A stretch of 64,000 nucleotides of DNA from an uncultured Chloroflexia bacterium (lineage in GTDB: Bacteria > Chloroflexota > Chloroflexia > Thermomicrobiales > UBA6265), in contig CAVRUC010000013.1 in the NCBI GenBank assembly GCA_963724295.1, positions 128,001-192,000 on the forward strand, written 5' to 3'. Positions 26,490 through 37,086 of the stretch are shown one piece after another. Each line of letters begins with the position of its first letter. Position 1 is the first letter of the stretch. Made by a program: the position numbers and the translations under genes. The notes under the pieces were generated by a model. It saw only the letters and a list, made by a program, of their open reading frames with translations, had not been told where the DNA came from and did not search any database.

Positions 26490-27870
26490 GGTGAACACCG
26501 CGCATAAATCCCTAGAGAACCGAATGCAGCCACCTGACCGTACGTACGGATGAGGGAAAGCCGCCGGGCCCGGCGTCAGGAGCGTCAACGACCTCCCAGG
26601 CCCACGGACGTGCGTGCACATGTCGCACGCCCACCATCGGCGCAGCACTGTCTGCCGCCACCATAGCCGTCTCGCGGATCGGTCTGCCGGTGCAGGTTGT
26701 CTCGACCTGTGCGCCACCGCTCCCGAGCGCCCGCCGGCGCGAGCCATCGCACCGTGCTCGAGGAAAGGGGATCAGTATGCCCGGGTTCCGTGACTCCAAG
26801 TCACCACATGGCACGTGGCTGCGCACGCTCGTCGTGCTGGGTCTGGTCGTTGCCGTGGTCGCGGAGACCCCGCTACGGTCCGGTGGTGTCATACCTCCCT
26901 GGCTTCCCCTGGACAGCACGGGCACGGTTGCCGGGAGCGTGCTGTTGCCGGGTGCGCCCGACCAGGCGGAGGTGGCCGCCGCGGCCAAGCGCAAGGGCGA
27001 CAAGCAAGACAGGCAAGACAAGCGCGCGGACAAGAGTGACCAGAAGGCAGAGAAGAGCGGCAAACGCCATGGGGGCAAGAGCAAGCACCCAGGAGAGGAC
27101 CAGGACAGGAACCCGGGAGGGGGCAACGGCAAGCACCAGGGGGACGGGAAGCGAGACACGCCCCAGCGAGACAATGACCAGGGGAACAAGCAGATCACGC
27201 AGGAGCGGAAGGGGAAGGACACGACGTCGCCGGAGCGCCGTGGGGCGGCTGATGTCGCCGCTGCTGAGGTCACCGCCGCTGCCACGTCATGGAGCTTTAC
27301 CCCGGTGGCTGATGCCCAAGTCAACGAGGCCAACCCGAACACCAACTATGGGACCGGGGCCCAGCTGAGGGTCGACGGTGGAACGGATCCGGATGTGTTC
27401 AGCTACCTGCGCTTTTCCGTGAGCGGGGTGAGCGGAACGGTGCAGAGCGCCACGTTGCGGCTGTGGGTGCAGCCGGATGGCGGCACGCAGGACGGTCCCT
27501 TCGTCAAGACCGCCGGCACGGGTTGGAGCGAGACGGGCATCGTCTGGAACAATCGCCCGAGAGCCGGCAGGAAGGTGCTCGATGACAAGGGAGCGCTCAC
27601 CGGCGGCGCCTGGGTCGAGTACGACGTCACCAGTGCTGTCAAAGGCAACGGTGCCGTCGGGTTTACGCTGCGGCCGGAGACCAGCGACGGCGCTAACTTC
27701 GACTCCCGGGAGGCAGCCAACAAACCGCAATTAGTCCTTACCCTCGGCGGCGATACCCCCACCCCCACCCCGGGACCGAATCCGACGCCGACCCCAGTGC
27801 CGCCGACCCCCACCCCGACGCCGACCGCGACCCCACCTCCCACCTCGCCCACCCCGACCCCGACGCCGCC
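26490..27870 (+). repeat. 1381-bp direct repeat, copy 1 (copy 2 at 31053-32433)
   Basis: Constant offset of 4563 and about ten substitutions by eye. Covers 287 bp of upstream DNA, the signal peptide, the DNRLRE domain and the PT linker. Confidence 0.97.
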
Positions 27871-28893
27871 CGCAGGCGGGAGCGGGACGGTGCGGGCCGC
27901 CGCCGAGACAACCCCGGTCCACCATGGCGGCGACGCGGCCGACGACCCGGCGATCTGGATCCACCCGACCGACCCTGGCCGGAGCACGATCATCGGCACC
28001 GACAAGCTCGGCGGCCTGGCCGTCTACGACCTCGCCGGGAATGAGCTCGCCTATTACGCCGACAGCACGCCGAACAACGTTGACCTGCGTTACAACTTTC
28101 CGCTCGGCGGCGAACGGGTCGCGCTGGTGGTCACCAGTGACACCGCCACCGACAGCCTCCGGACCTACCGGATCGATCCCGCCACGCGCCAGCTGATCCC
28201 CGTGGCGGCCCGGACGATCGACGTCGGGATCGGCGTCGCCGGGCTGTGCGCCTACGTCAGCCCCAGCACCGGTCAGGTACTACGCCTTCGTTGAGTGACA
28301 GTAGCGGCACCGTCCAGCAGTGGGAGCTGCACGACGACGGCAGCGGCAAGGTCGGCGTGACCAAGGTGCGGACGCTTTCCGTCGGCTCTACGACCGAGGG
28401 CTGCGTCGCCGACGATGGCACCGGCGACCTGTACATCGCTGAGGAGGACGTTGGCATCTGGAAGTACGGGGCGGAACCCAACGCGGGCAGCGAGCGGACC
28501 CGGGTCGATGTCGTCGGCGGCGGGGGGCACCTGACCGCGGACATCGAGGGCCTGGCGATCTACTACGGCGGCGACGGCAGCGGTTACCTGCTGGCCTCCA
28601 GTCAAGGCAGCGACAAGTTCGTGGTCTACAAGCGCGGCGGGGACAACGCCTACGTGACGACCTTCGCCATCACCGCGGGGTCGGTCGACGGCGTCAGCCA
28701 CACCGACGGCCTCGACGTCACCAACGCCGGGCTGGGCACGGCCTTCCCGAACGGACTGTTCATCGCCCAGGACGACCGCAACGACGGAGGGAACCAGAAC
28801 TTCAAGCTGGTATCGTGGGACGCCATCGCCCGGTCGGTCGACCCGCCGTTGCGCGTGGACACCGGCTGGGACCCGCGACGCGTCGGGGTTTAG
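26777..28893 (+). CDS. Secreted DNRLRE-domain beta-propeller phytase (one indel near 28280)
   Basis: N-terminal hydrophobic segment, K/D-rich region, DNRLRE domain, PT linker. Then DAADDPAIWIHP, IIGTDK, NNVDLRY, EGCVAD, AEEDVGIWKY, ADIEGL, SSQG, TDG, AQD, QNFKLV, the hallmark motifs of Bacillus-type 3-phytase. Confidence 0.9.
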
Positions 28894-29277
28894 CTAGAGA
28901 TCTGACCCGTGGGAGGGGTGCAGTCTCGCGCTCTCGCGGATGGGGAGCTGAGCGGTGGACGGCGCGCCGGGCGGCCCGGTTGGCCGCCGTCGAGCGGGGC
29001 GCTACCTCGGCTTAGGCAGAGCTTCGGCGGGCGCAGCCCCGCGTAGAAGCAGCGGCAAAGCCTCAGGCACACCGCGATCATGGCGGGAACTACGGCCAGG
29101 ACGGCATGGGTCGGCTGCACCGACTCGTTCTCTACGTCGAGGAGGTCTGTGCTCAGTGCCGCATCCTCCGGGGCCGCCCCCCGCCCTTCCCGTCGCCTTG
29201 CGGTCGTGTCCGTCGGGCCGCCATACCTTTGGCACGTGCGTTGCCGGCCATAGGCCGCTCCGTCCGAGACGAGGACC

Positions 29278-29321
29278 AGCAAAGCCGGGGTCGGATCGGG
29301 CGCCGTCCTCGAAATGAGCCA
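29278..29321 (-). promoter_or_regulatory. Box plus near -10 on the minus strand (no clear downstream gene)
   Basis: Minus-strand TGGCTCATTTCGAGGA (29321-29306); TTTGCT 22 nt downstream. Confidence 0.4.
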
Positions 29322-29786
29322 GATCCCCGGGGCCGCCCCTCGACCCATCTCGATCTCCGCGCCCGCGAAAGAGCCTCCGGCGGCGCCCGCACCTTCGGTC
29401 CGCGTCCAGGGCGATGGCAACCCTCGTCCAACCGGTTTGCGGACACGCCCTAGGCGGCGAGTGCCGCGTCCACGCGGCCGGCGGCGAGGTCAGCGGCGAG
29501 AGATGCGACCGGGCGGCGCCCCTGCCAGCCCTTCGCCTGCACGAGACCACGCCAGTAGCCCACGCCATGCCGGGCGATGGTGACGGATGCGCCAGCGGTG
29601 CCGATGGCGCGATATTGAGCGGTGGCGGGCGAGGGTGATGCCTTTCGGGTCGACGGACAGACCGAACCACGGAGGTCCGGGATCGATCGCAGTCGTTCCC
29701 CAAAAGGCGGCTCTAACCGCGCTGCTGGCTGCCGGAGGAGATGCATCTGGGGACAGAGGTTTCCTCAGGTAGGAGGCCACGCATTT

Positions 29787-29830
29787 TGGCTCATTTGAGG
29801 GATGGCGCGCGGAATCCCTCATCGTACGCA
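29787..29830 (+). promoter_or_regulatory. Activator-type promoter of Cys-rich gene
   Basis: TGGCTCATTTGAGGGA (29787-29802); TACGCA at 29825, 22 nt after the box. Confidence 0.6.
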
Positions 29831-29871
29831 TCCCCCTTTACACCATCCGATTGACACCGAAAGGAAGCGGG

Positions 29872-30394
29872 TTGGAGGGGGATCGGTTCGACGAGATAAC
29901 TCGCCAGTGGGGGACCGCCGGGGTCTCCCGCCGGACCATCCTCCGGCTGCTGGCGGGGAGCGTCCTCGGTGCGCTCGCGGTTCTTGGCCCCGGCCTACGG
30001 GAGGCCGCTGCTGTGGGCCTTGTTAGCGATCCCTGCAGCAAGGACACGGACTGTTTCGAGGGCAGCGTCTGCCGCGGCCCCCGACGGGGGCAAAAGCGCT
30101 GCCGATGCCGGTACGGCCGCGTCGATTGCGGCGACGGCAAGTGCTGGATCCTCGCGACCAGCGAGAGAAACTGTGGCACCTGCGGCAATCCCTGCTCGCG
30201 GGGTCAGCTGTGCTGCAACAGCACCTGCCGCGAGGACTGCCCGACCGGGCAAGTCCTCAACGATGCTACCTGCGAGTGCCAGGTCTGCAATCCGTCGGGA
30301 GTCCGCTGCGGTCGGACCGGGGATCCCTCCTGCTGCTCCGGGCTCTGCAAGAAGAAGCGGGGGACTCGTAAGCAGTTCTGCGCGAGCGCTTTAA
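29872..30394 (+). CDS. Cys-rich secreted protein with twin-arginine-like leader; 3' end uncertain
   Basis: TTG29872 after [37 protein letters not shown] followed by more than 20 Cys ([21 protein letters not shown]). The frame reads on to 30879, over the phytase fragment. Confidence 0.7.
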
Positions 30395-30444
30395 GGCGCA
30401 TTTGCGCGCCGGCGAAACGAGGCGTGGGGTGCGTGGCGACCGGG

Positions 30445-30812
30445 GCGACCTCACCGAAGCGGACATCGAGGGCCTGGCGATCTACTACCGCGGCGGCGGC
30501 GGCTACCTGCTGGCCTCCAGCCAAGGCAGCGACGAGTTCGTGGTCTACGAGCGGGGCGGGACCAACGCCTACGTCACCACCTTCTCCGTCGATGCCCGCG
30601 CCGTCGACGGCGTTAGCCACACCGACGGCATTGACGTCACCAACGCCGCCCTCGGCGCCGCTTTCCCGGACGGCCTCTTCGTCGCCCAGGACGACCGCAA
30701 CGACGGAGGGAACCAGAACATCAAGCTGGTGCCGTGGGGCAATATCGCCCGCGCGGCGAGTCCGGCGCTCACCATCGACACCGGCTGGGACCCGCGCCGC
30801 GTCGGCGGCTAG
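30445..30812 (+). pseudogene. Orphan C-terminal fragment of a second beta-propeller phytase
   Basis: [58 protein letters not shown], a diverged paralog of 28530-28893 lacking the N-terminal two thirds. Confidence 0.85.
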
Positions 30813-31052
30813 GCGAGGTGGCGGCAGGGAACGGGCGGTGGGACGGGCGGGAACCGTCGCTGATCGTCCTTCGCGCTGACGCCAGCATCGGATGCGTGCC
30901 GAGCCAACACGGCGTCGGACTCGCCGAAGCCGGACGTTCGTGCCCGAGCTGGATTGATGTTCCCGGGCTGCCCGTGCGCGGCTGCCGACGGCGATGTCTG
31001 CGCGGTGACCAGGAACAGGACGCGCCCGGAATCGGCCCCAGTGCTGACTGGA

Positions 31053-32433
31053 GGTGAACACCGCGCATAAATCCCTAGAGAACCGAATGCAGCCACCTGA
31101 CCGTACGTACGGATGAGGGAAAGCCGCCGGGCCCGGCGTCAGGAGCGTCAACGACCTCCCAGGCCCACGGACGTGCGTGCACATGTCGCACGCCCACCAT
31201 CGGCGCAGCACTGTCTGCCGCCACCATAGTCGTCTCGCGGATCGGTCTGCCGGTGCAGGTTGTCTCGACCTGTGCGCCACCGCTCCCGAGCGCCCGCCGG
31301 CGCGAGCCATCGCACCGTGCTCGAGGAAAGGGGATCAGTATGCCCGGGTTCCGTGACTCCAAGTCACCACATGGCACGTGGCTGCGCACGCTCGTCGTGC
31401 TGGGTCTGGTCGTTGCCGTGGTCGCGGAGACCCCGCTACGGTCCGGTGGTGTCATACCTGCCTGGCTTCCCCTGGACAGCACGGGCACGGTTGCCGGGAG
31501 CGTGCTGTTGCCGGGTGCGCCCGACCAGGCGGAGGTGGCCGCCGCGGCCAAGCGCAAGGGCGACAAGCAAGACAGGCAAGACAAGCGCGCGGACAAGAGT
31601 GACCAGAAGGCAGAGAAGAGCGGCAAACGCCATGGGGGCAAGAGCAAGCACCCAGGAGAGGACCAGGACAGGAACCCGGGAGGGGGCAACGGCAAGCACC
31701 AGGGGGACGGGAAGCGAGACACGCCCCAGCGAGACAATGACCAGGGGAACAAGCAGATCACGCAGGAGCGGAAGGGGAAGGACACGACGTCGCCGGAGCG
31801 CCGTGGGGCGGCTGATGTCGCCGCTGCTGAGGTCACCGCCGCTGCCACGTCATGGAGCTTTACCCCGGTGGCTGATGCCCAAGTCAACGAGGCCAACCCG
31901 AACACCAACTATGGGACCGAGGCCCAGCTGAGGGTCGACGGTGGAACGGATCCGGATGTGTTCAGCTACCTGCGCTTTTCCGTGAGCGGGGTGAGCGGAA
32001 CGGTGCAGAGCGCCACGTTGCGGCTGTGGGTGCCGCCGGATGGCGGCACGCAGGACGGTCCCTTCGTCAAGACCGCCGGCACTACCTGGAGCGAGACGGG
32101 CATCGTCTGGAACAATCGCCCGAGAGCCGGCAGGAAGGTGCTCGATGACAGGGGAGCGCTCACCGGCGGCGCCTGGGTCGAGTACGACGTCACCAGTGCT
32201 GTCAAAGGCAACGGTGCCGTCGGGTTTACGCTGCGGCCGGAGACCAGCGACGGCGCTAACTTCGACTCCCGGGAGGCCGCCAACAAACCGCAATTAGTCC
32301 TTACCCTCGGCGGCGATACCCCCACCCCCACCCCGGGACCGAATCCGACGCCGACCCCAGTGCCGCCGACCCCCACCCCGACGCCGACCGCGACCCCACC
32401 TCCCACCTCGCCCACCCCGACCCCGACGCCGCC
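31053..32433 (+). repeat. 1381-bp direct repeat, copy 2
   Basis: Matches 26490-27870; ends at the end of the PT linker. Confidence 0.97.
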
Positions 32434-33622
32434 GGTGAGCCCAGGTGCGACCTATTACGTCGACGCCAACAACGGGGACGACGCCAACCCCGGCACCTCG
32501 CCAGCGACAGCGTGGCGAACGCTCGCCAAGGCAAGCCAGGCTCCGCTGGCACCGGGGGACCGACTGCTCTTCAGACGGGGCGGGAGCTGGACTGGCAGCC
32601 TGAAGCTGTCCAGGAGCGGGACGAGCAATTTGCCGATCGTGATCGGCGCCTACGGCAGCGGAGACCTGCCACGGATTCGCGACGGAAGCTCATGCGTGGT
32701 GATGTCTGGGTCGTACCTCGTGCTGCGGGAGATCCACGCCGACGGCTGCTCCTGGGCGGGAATCGAAATCTCCGGCAGCGCCAACCAGGTGGAGCAGAGC
32801 CTGATCACCCGCAATGTCGCCGGTATCCATGTCCGGGCGGACGCGATCGACAGCCGGATCCTCCGTAACGACCTGCGCGACAACAATCGGATGTCCGTCT
32901 TGACCCAGAGCCCAACCGACGACGACTCGGGCGCGTTCGGTGTACTGATCCAGGGCAATGGGACGGAAGTGGCCCACAACACTATCTCCGGGTCAAACGC
33001 CTTCTCCTACGACTACGGGCACGATGGCGCCGCCGTCGAGGTGTACGGCGGGCAGCGTAACCACATCCACCACAATCTCGCGATCGACAACGACGTCTTC
33101 TCCGAGCTCGGGAACGCGCGGTCGTCCGACAACACCTTTGCCTACAATGTCGTGCGATCGTCGTTGCCGGCGTCCGTCTTCCTCGTCACGCGGGGGGCAA
33201 ACAGCGGATACGGGCCTGTCCTGCGGACCACGCTCTACAACAACTCCGTCGTGCTCACCGGCGTATCAAGTCAAGGGTTCGTGTGCCACGCCGGCTGTGG
33301 TCCCGACATCCTGACAATGCGCAACAACATCATCCAGGCGGTCAGCAAGGTCGGCTACGCCGATGCCCCGTTCGACGAGGATCACAACCTCTACTTCGGC
33401 GGCGCTCGGCAGTTCGCCGTGGGCGACCGCAGCCTGGTCGGGGACCCACTGTTCGTCGACGAGGCCGGCGGCGACCTGCGACTCCGGTCCTCGAGTCCGG
33501 CCATCGATCGCGGCGTCGACGTCGGCTATGCGCAAGATTTCGACGGCAATCCGGTTCCGGCCCCTGGCGGGGGCGACCGCTCACCCGCCCCCGACATGGG
33601 CGCCTACGAGCGCCAGGGCTGA
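31340..33622 (+). CDS. Secreted DNRLRE-domain right-handed parallel beta-helix protein (pectate-lyase-like fold)
   Basis: Same N-terminus as the phytase gene, then TYYVDANNGDDANPGTSPATAWRTL, PGDRLLFRRGGSW, IGAYGSG, Asn-ladder repeats and C-terminal DLRLRSSSPAIDRG..PDMGAYE. Confidence 0.85.
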   Translation: MPGFRDSKSPHGTWLRTLVVLGLVVAVVAETPLRSGGVIPAWLPLDSTGTVAGSVLLPGAPDQAEVAAAAKRKGDKQDRQDKRADKSDQKAEKSGKRHGGKSKHPGEDQDRNPGGGNGKHQGDGKRDTPQRDNDQGNKQITQERKGKDTTSPERRGAADVAAAEVTAAATSWSFTPVADAQVNEANPNTNYGTEAQLRVDGGTDPDVFSYLRFSVSGVSGTVQSATLRLWVPPDGGTQDGPFVKTAGTTWSETGIVWNNRPRAGRKVLDDRGALTGGAWVEYDVTSAVKGNGAVGFTLRPETSDGANFDSREAANKPQLVLTLGGDTPTPTPGPNPTPTPVPPTPTPTPTATPPPTSPTPTPTPPVSPGATYYVDANNGDDANPGTSPATAWRTLAKASQAPLAPGDRLLFRRGGSWTGSLKLSRSGTSNLPIVIGAYGSGDLPRIRDGSSCVVMSGSYLVLREIHADGCSWAGIEISGSANQVEQSLITRNVAGIHVRADAIDSRILRNDLRDNNRMSVLTQSPTDDDSGAFGVLIQGNGTEVAHNTISGSNAFSYDYGHDGAAVEVYGGQRNHIHHNLAIDNDVFSELGNARSSDNTFAYNVVRSSLPASVFLVTRGANSGYGPVLRTTLYNNSVVLTGVSSQGFVCHAGCGPDILTMRNNIIQAVSKVGYADAPFDEDHNLYFGGARQFAVGDRSLVGDPLFVDEAGGDLRLRSSSPAIDRGVDVGYAQDFDGNPVPAPGGGDRSPAPDMGAYERQG

Positions 33623-33641
33623 CGATCCGCGGATGTCGATC

Positions 33642-33685
33642 TGGCTCATTAATGGGATGTTCGTCTCGCCACCCGACTCTAGACT
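33642..33685 (+). promoter_or_regulatory. Box plus -10 pointing into a convergent gene end
   Basis: TGGCTCATTAATGGGA (33642-33657); TAGACT at 33680, 22 nt after the box. Confidence 0.55.
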
Positions 33686-33775
33686 TGCGCCACCACGTCG
33701 TTGACGGCGGGGGAGCGCGCCTGGGATAAGCACGAGGCGACGCGGGCTCCCGCCAGTCCGTGCGGCGGCGTGTGG

Positions 33776-35115
33776 TCACGATCCGAAAGAGGAGAGCGGC
33801 TCGTGGCTGCCCGTCGCGTCGTTCCAGAGCAAGACACGCGCGCGTGGGAATGCCGTGCCCGGTTGGCGGGCAACCTCAACATAGGTGAAGCGGGTCGTGC
33901 CGTCCTCGGGCGCCGCTCCGCGTGGGCCGGATGCCGTCCAACTCCCGCAGTTGAGATAGACGGGGACTACAGCTCCGGGCAGCACCCGCATCTGCTCAGC
34001 TCGGTGCGCGTGGCCAAACACGTAGAATGGCACCTCCTGCCCGGAGACTTGGAGCACCCGATGGATTTGCAGCGTGGCGCGGTGGAGGTAGCTCGGCGAT
34101 CCCGCGGCCGGCCCCGGCCCCCGTCGCCTCCCGAGAACGGCGAACCGCTCGACCGCTCGGCGCGCGAGACGCGCCGCCATCCGCCGGATCGAAATCGCCG
34201 ACAACCGATCGATCGCGGCCACCGCGTCGGGGTCCAGGCCGATCTCCACGGCGTAGGGCCGCAGCATCTCTTCCTGGTACGCCGCGCGACGAGCGCGTCG
34301 CCCGAAGCGCGAGCGGTTGCTCAGCTCGCCGAGCACCGCGGCCGCGAAGCGGGTGTGGTGCGGCACCGTCCGCAGCAGCAGGCTTGGCCGCTTGCGAGCG
34401 GCTCGCAGCAGGGAGCGGGCGTCCAGCGGCGCCGGGCCGCTGGCGGGATCGATCGCCTCGCGCAGGCCGCGCAGGTATGTCTCCAGGTGCGACCCGAGCG
34501 GCGGCTCGATCCGGCCGGGGTATTGGGCCGAGGTGGGGTCGAGGAGCGCCGGGAATGCGTTGACGTCGTGGTACTGCTGACCGTGCTCGGCGTAGAGCAG
34601 CCCCGGGACGTAGAAGATCCAGGGATGGACGGCGATCGCCGAGGCTGCCCTGGACCCGCCCCCGGAACGGGCGATGATCTCCGCGAATCCCGCCTGGACC
34701 GCTGGCCGGAGCAGCTCGATATCGTGGTTGCCGGGAACGACGTCGAGCGGGAATCCGGCGGCCACGAACCGCCCCAGCGCCTCGAAGAATCGGGGATGAC
34801 CGGCCGCGATCCGGTCCAACTTGGCAAGAGTCGTCCGGTCCGCCACCGCCGGCTGGCCGCCGGACCCGTCGGCCGATTCGGCCGGACGCGCAGGAAATCG
34901 AGCAGATCGCCCAGGATCAAGAGCCGGAATCGTCGCTGCTCGGCGGCGGCGCGGCGGATCAGGTCGTCCAAGAAGTGGGCGAACGCTTCGTCGTGGAAGA
35001 AGCTTTCCTCGCGGTCGACGACACCGGTGCGCGGATCGCGCCCGGTCGCCAGGTGGAAGTCGCTGACCACGATGATCGTCTCGTCGACGTCGCTCACCTG
35101 CCGTTCCTCCCCCAC
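33776..35115 (-). CDS. Cytoplasmic metallophosphoesterase (LpxH/YbbF-like), one indel near 34850
   Basis: IIVVSDFHL, ILGDLLDF, VPGNHD, AEHGQQY, VFGHAH, YLNCGSW motifs across two frames. Confidence 0.8.
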
Positions 35116-35226
35116 TCCGCGTCCCAGCTCGCGTCGACGGCGGATCGCCGGCGGGGCGATCGATCGTCGGACCGCGCTGCTGCGGTCCTGGCATTAAATC
35201 GCATCCACCGCCCGGGACGGTAGGCG

Positions 35227-37086
35227 ATGAGCATCAGCACGCTCTCTGCCTTCGGCCCGACCTCGCTTCGCACGAGGCGCCTGCCGCCGGGTGCCGTCCT
35301 CGGACCGGTCGTGCTCACGCTCTGCGCGGCCGCGCTCTGGGCCGTCTCGCTCGGGCAGATCGAGATCGGCCAGGTGACCGACATCGGTCTGATCTCGGTG
35401 CTGCCGGTGCCGTTCTTCGCCGCGCTGGGGGTGCTAACGGCCAGCTTCTGCCTGACGTTGCGGCAGGAACGCGGGCGCGTGCCGTTGCTGCTCCTCCACC
35501 TCGGCGTCCTCATCGTGATGCTGTACGGCGCGCCGGCATTGATCGAGGAGATGCCGCGCTTCCACTCCGTCTGGAAGCACCTCGGCGTGGTCGACTACAT
35601 CCAGCGGACGGGACAGGTCAACCCGCGGATCGACGCGTACTTCAACTGGCCGGGGTTCTTCATCCTCTTTGCGTTCGTCTCCGACGCCGCCGGGATCCAG
35701 AACTGGCGCGACCTCGTGGCGTGGACGCCCCTCGTCCTCAACCTCCTCCAGCTAGGACCGTTGCTGCTGATCTTCGGCTCGGCCACGGACGACAAGCGCT
35801 TGGTCTGGTTGGCGGTTTGGTTCTTTTACCTGGCGAACTGGGTCGGCCAGGACTATTTCTCGCCGCAGGGTCTTAACTACCTTCTCCACCTGGCGATCCT
35901 CGGCATCCTCGTCGCGTGGTTCAGGGTGACGGCGGGGGAGCGACACCCCTTGCTCGTTCGGGTCGGCGTGCCAGACCTGTTTGCCCGCCTGCCGGAGCGC
36001 ATCCGACGGTTCGCACCGACCGACTTGCCGCCGCCGGCGATCAGCCCGTGGCAGCGCCGCGGGCTCCTCGTCGTCGTCCTCGCCCTCTATTTCGTCACCG
36101 TCGCCAGCCACCAACTCACACCCTTCGCGACGCTCGGCAGCGTAATCGCTCTGGTCGTCTTCAACCGGAGCACTGCACGCCTTCTTCCGTTCATCATGAC
36201 CGTTATGGTCGTGCTCTGGATCCGGTTCATGGCCGAGGCCTACATGGCCGGCCACGGCAGCACCCTGGCCTCCCAGATAGGCGATCTGGACTCAGCCGTC
36301 AACGAGAACACCACCACGCGGTTGGGCGGCAGCGAGGGCCATATGATCGTCATCTACGCCCGATCGTTGATGACGCTCGGGCTGTGGGGGCTGGCCGCGA
36401 TCGGCGGCATCCGCCGGCTGCGTCACGGCCATCGAGATCTGACCTACGTTCTCCTGGCGGCCGCGCCGTTCCCGCTCGTCGTCTTGCAACCCTACGGCGG
36501 TGAGATGCTGCTGCGCGTTTATCTCTTCACCTTGCCCTTCATGGCGTTCTTCGCGGCGGCGCTCTTCTTTCCGGATCGGGCGGCCGGAACATCTCGATGG
36601 ACGACGGTGCTCGTCGGCGTGCTCAGCGTTGCCTTGCTTGGCGCTTTCTTCGTCACCCGCCACGGCAACGAACGGATGGACTACGCGACCCCGCAGGAGG
36701 TGGCCGCGGCCGAGCACCTCTACAACATCGCGCCACCGGGTTCGCTGCTCCTCGTCGGGACGACGAACGCCCCGATTCGGTTTCGAGACTACGAGAAGTA
36801 CCGCACCCGGTCCCTTACCAGCCAACTGGTGTGGCGGGCAGACGCGCCGATCGGGCGCAACCTCGAGGCGGTGGCGGTGGTGATGAACAACCCCCGGGTC
36901 CCGGCGACGTATTTGTTCATCACCCGCAGTCAAATCGCGAACGACGAGTTGTTCGGGCTGTACCCAATCCCGCTGGAGGAGTTGGCGCGGGAGATGGCGG
37001 CGTCGGACCTGTTCACCGTCGTCTACGCGAGCGAGGACGCCGCCATCTACACGCTGAAGGAGCCGCCGTCCGGGGCCGCGCCATGA
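35227..37086 (+). CDS. Polytopic membrane protein, GT-C/polysaccharide polymerase-like
   Basis: About 12-13 hydrophobic segments; HLGVVDYI..DAYFNWPGFF, NWVGQDYFSPQ, SHQLTPF, YGGEMLLRVYLF motifs typical of a family found in glycan clusters. The exact activity is inferred. Confidence 0.65.
   Translation: MSISTLSAFGPTSLRTRRLPPGAVLGPVVLTLCAAALWAVSLGQIEIGQVTDIGLISVLPVPFFAALGVLTASFCLTLRQERGRVPLLLLHLGVLIVMLYGAPALIEEMPRFHSVWKHLGVVDYIQRTGQVNPRIDAYFNWPGFFILFAFVSDAAGIQNWRDLVAWTPLVLNLLQLGPLLLIFGSATDDKRLVWLAVWFFYLANWVGQDYFSPQGLNYLLHLAILGILVAWFRVTAGERHPLLVRVGVPDLFARLPERIRRFAPTDLPPPAISPWQRRGLLVVVLALYFVTVASHQLTPFATLGSVIALVVFNRSTARLLPFIMTVMVVLWIRFMAEAYMAGHGSTLASQIGDLDSAVNENTTTRLGGSEGHMIVIYARSLMTLGLWGLAAIGGIRRLRHGHRDLTYVLLAAAPFPLVVLQPYGGEMLLRVYLFTLPFMAFFAAALFFPDRAAGTSRWTTVLVGVLSVALLGAFFVTRHGNERMDYATPQEVAAAEHLYNIAPPGSLLLVGTTNAPIRFRDYEKYRTRSLTSQLVWRADAPIGRNLEAVAVVMNNPRVPATYLFITRSQIANDELFGLYPIPLEELAREMAASDLFTVVYASEDAAIYTLKEPPSGAAP

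Noticed and set aside
26542..26585. Regulon box in the duplicated cassette (also at +4563)
   Set aside because: Only the right half-site TGAGGGA matches and the hexamer at +22 is GAGCGT; too weak to count.
26490..32433. Diversity-generating retroelement (TR/VR pair)
   Set aside because: Differences between the copies are not adenine-specific, the repeat is 1.4 kb and N-terminal, and no reverse transcriptase is present.
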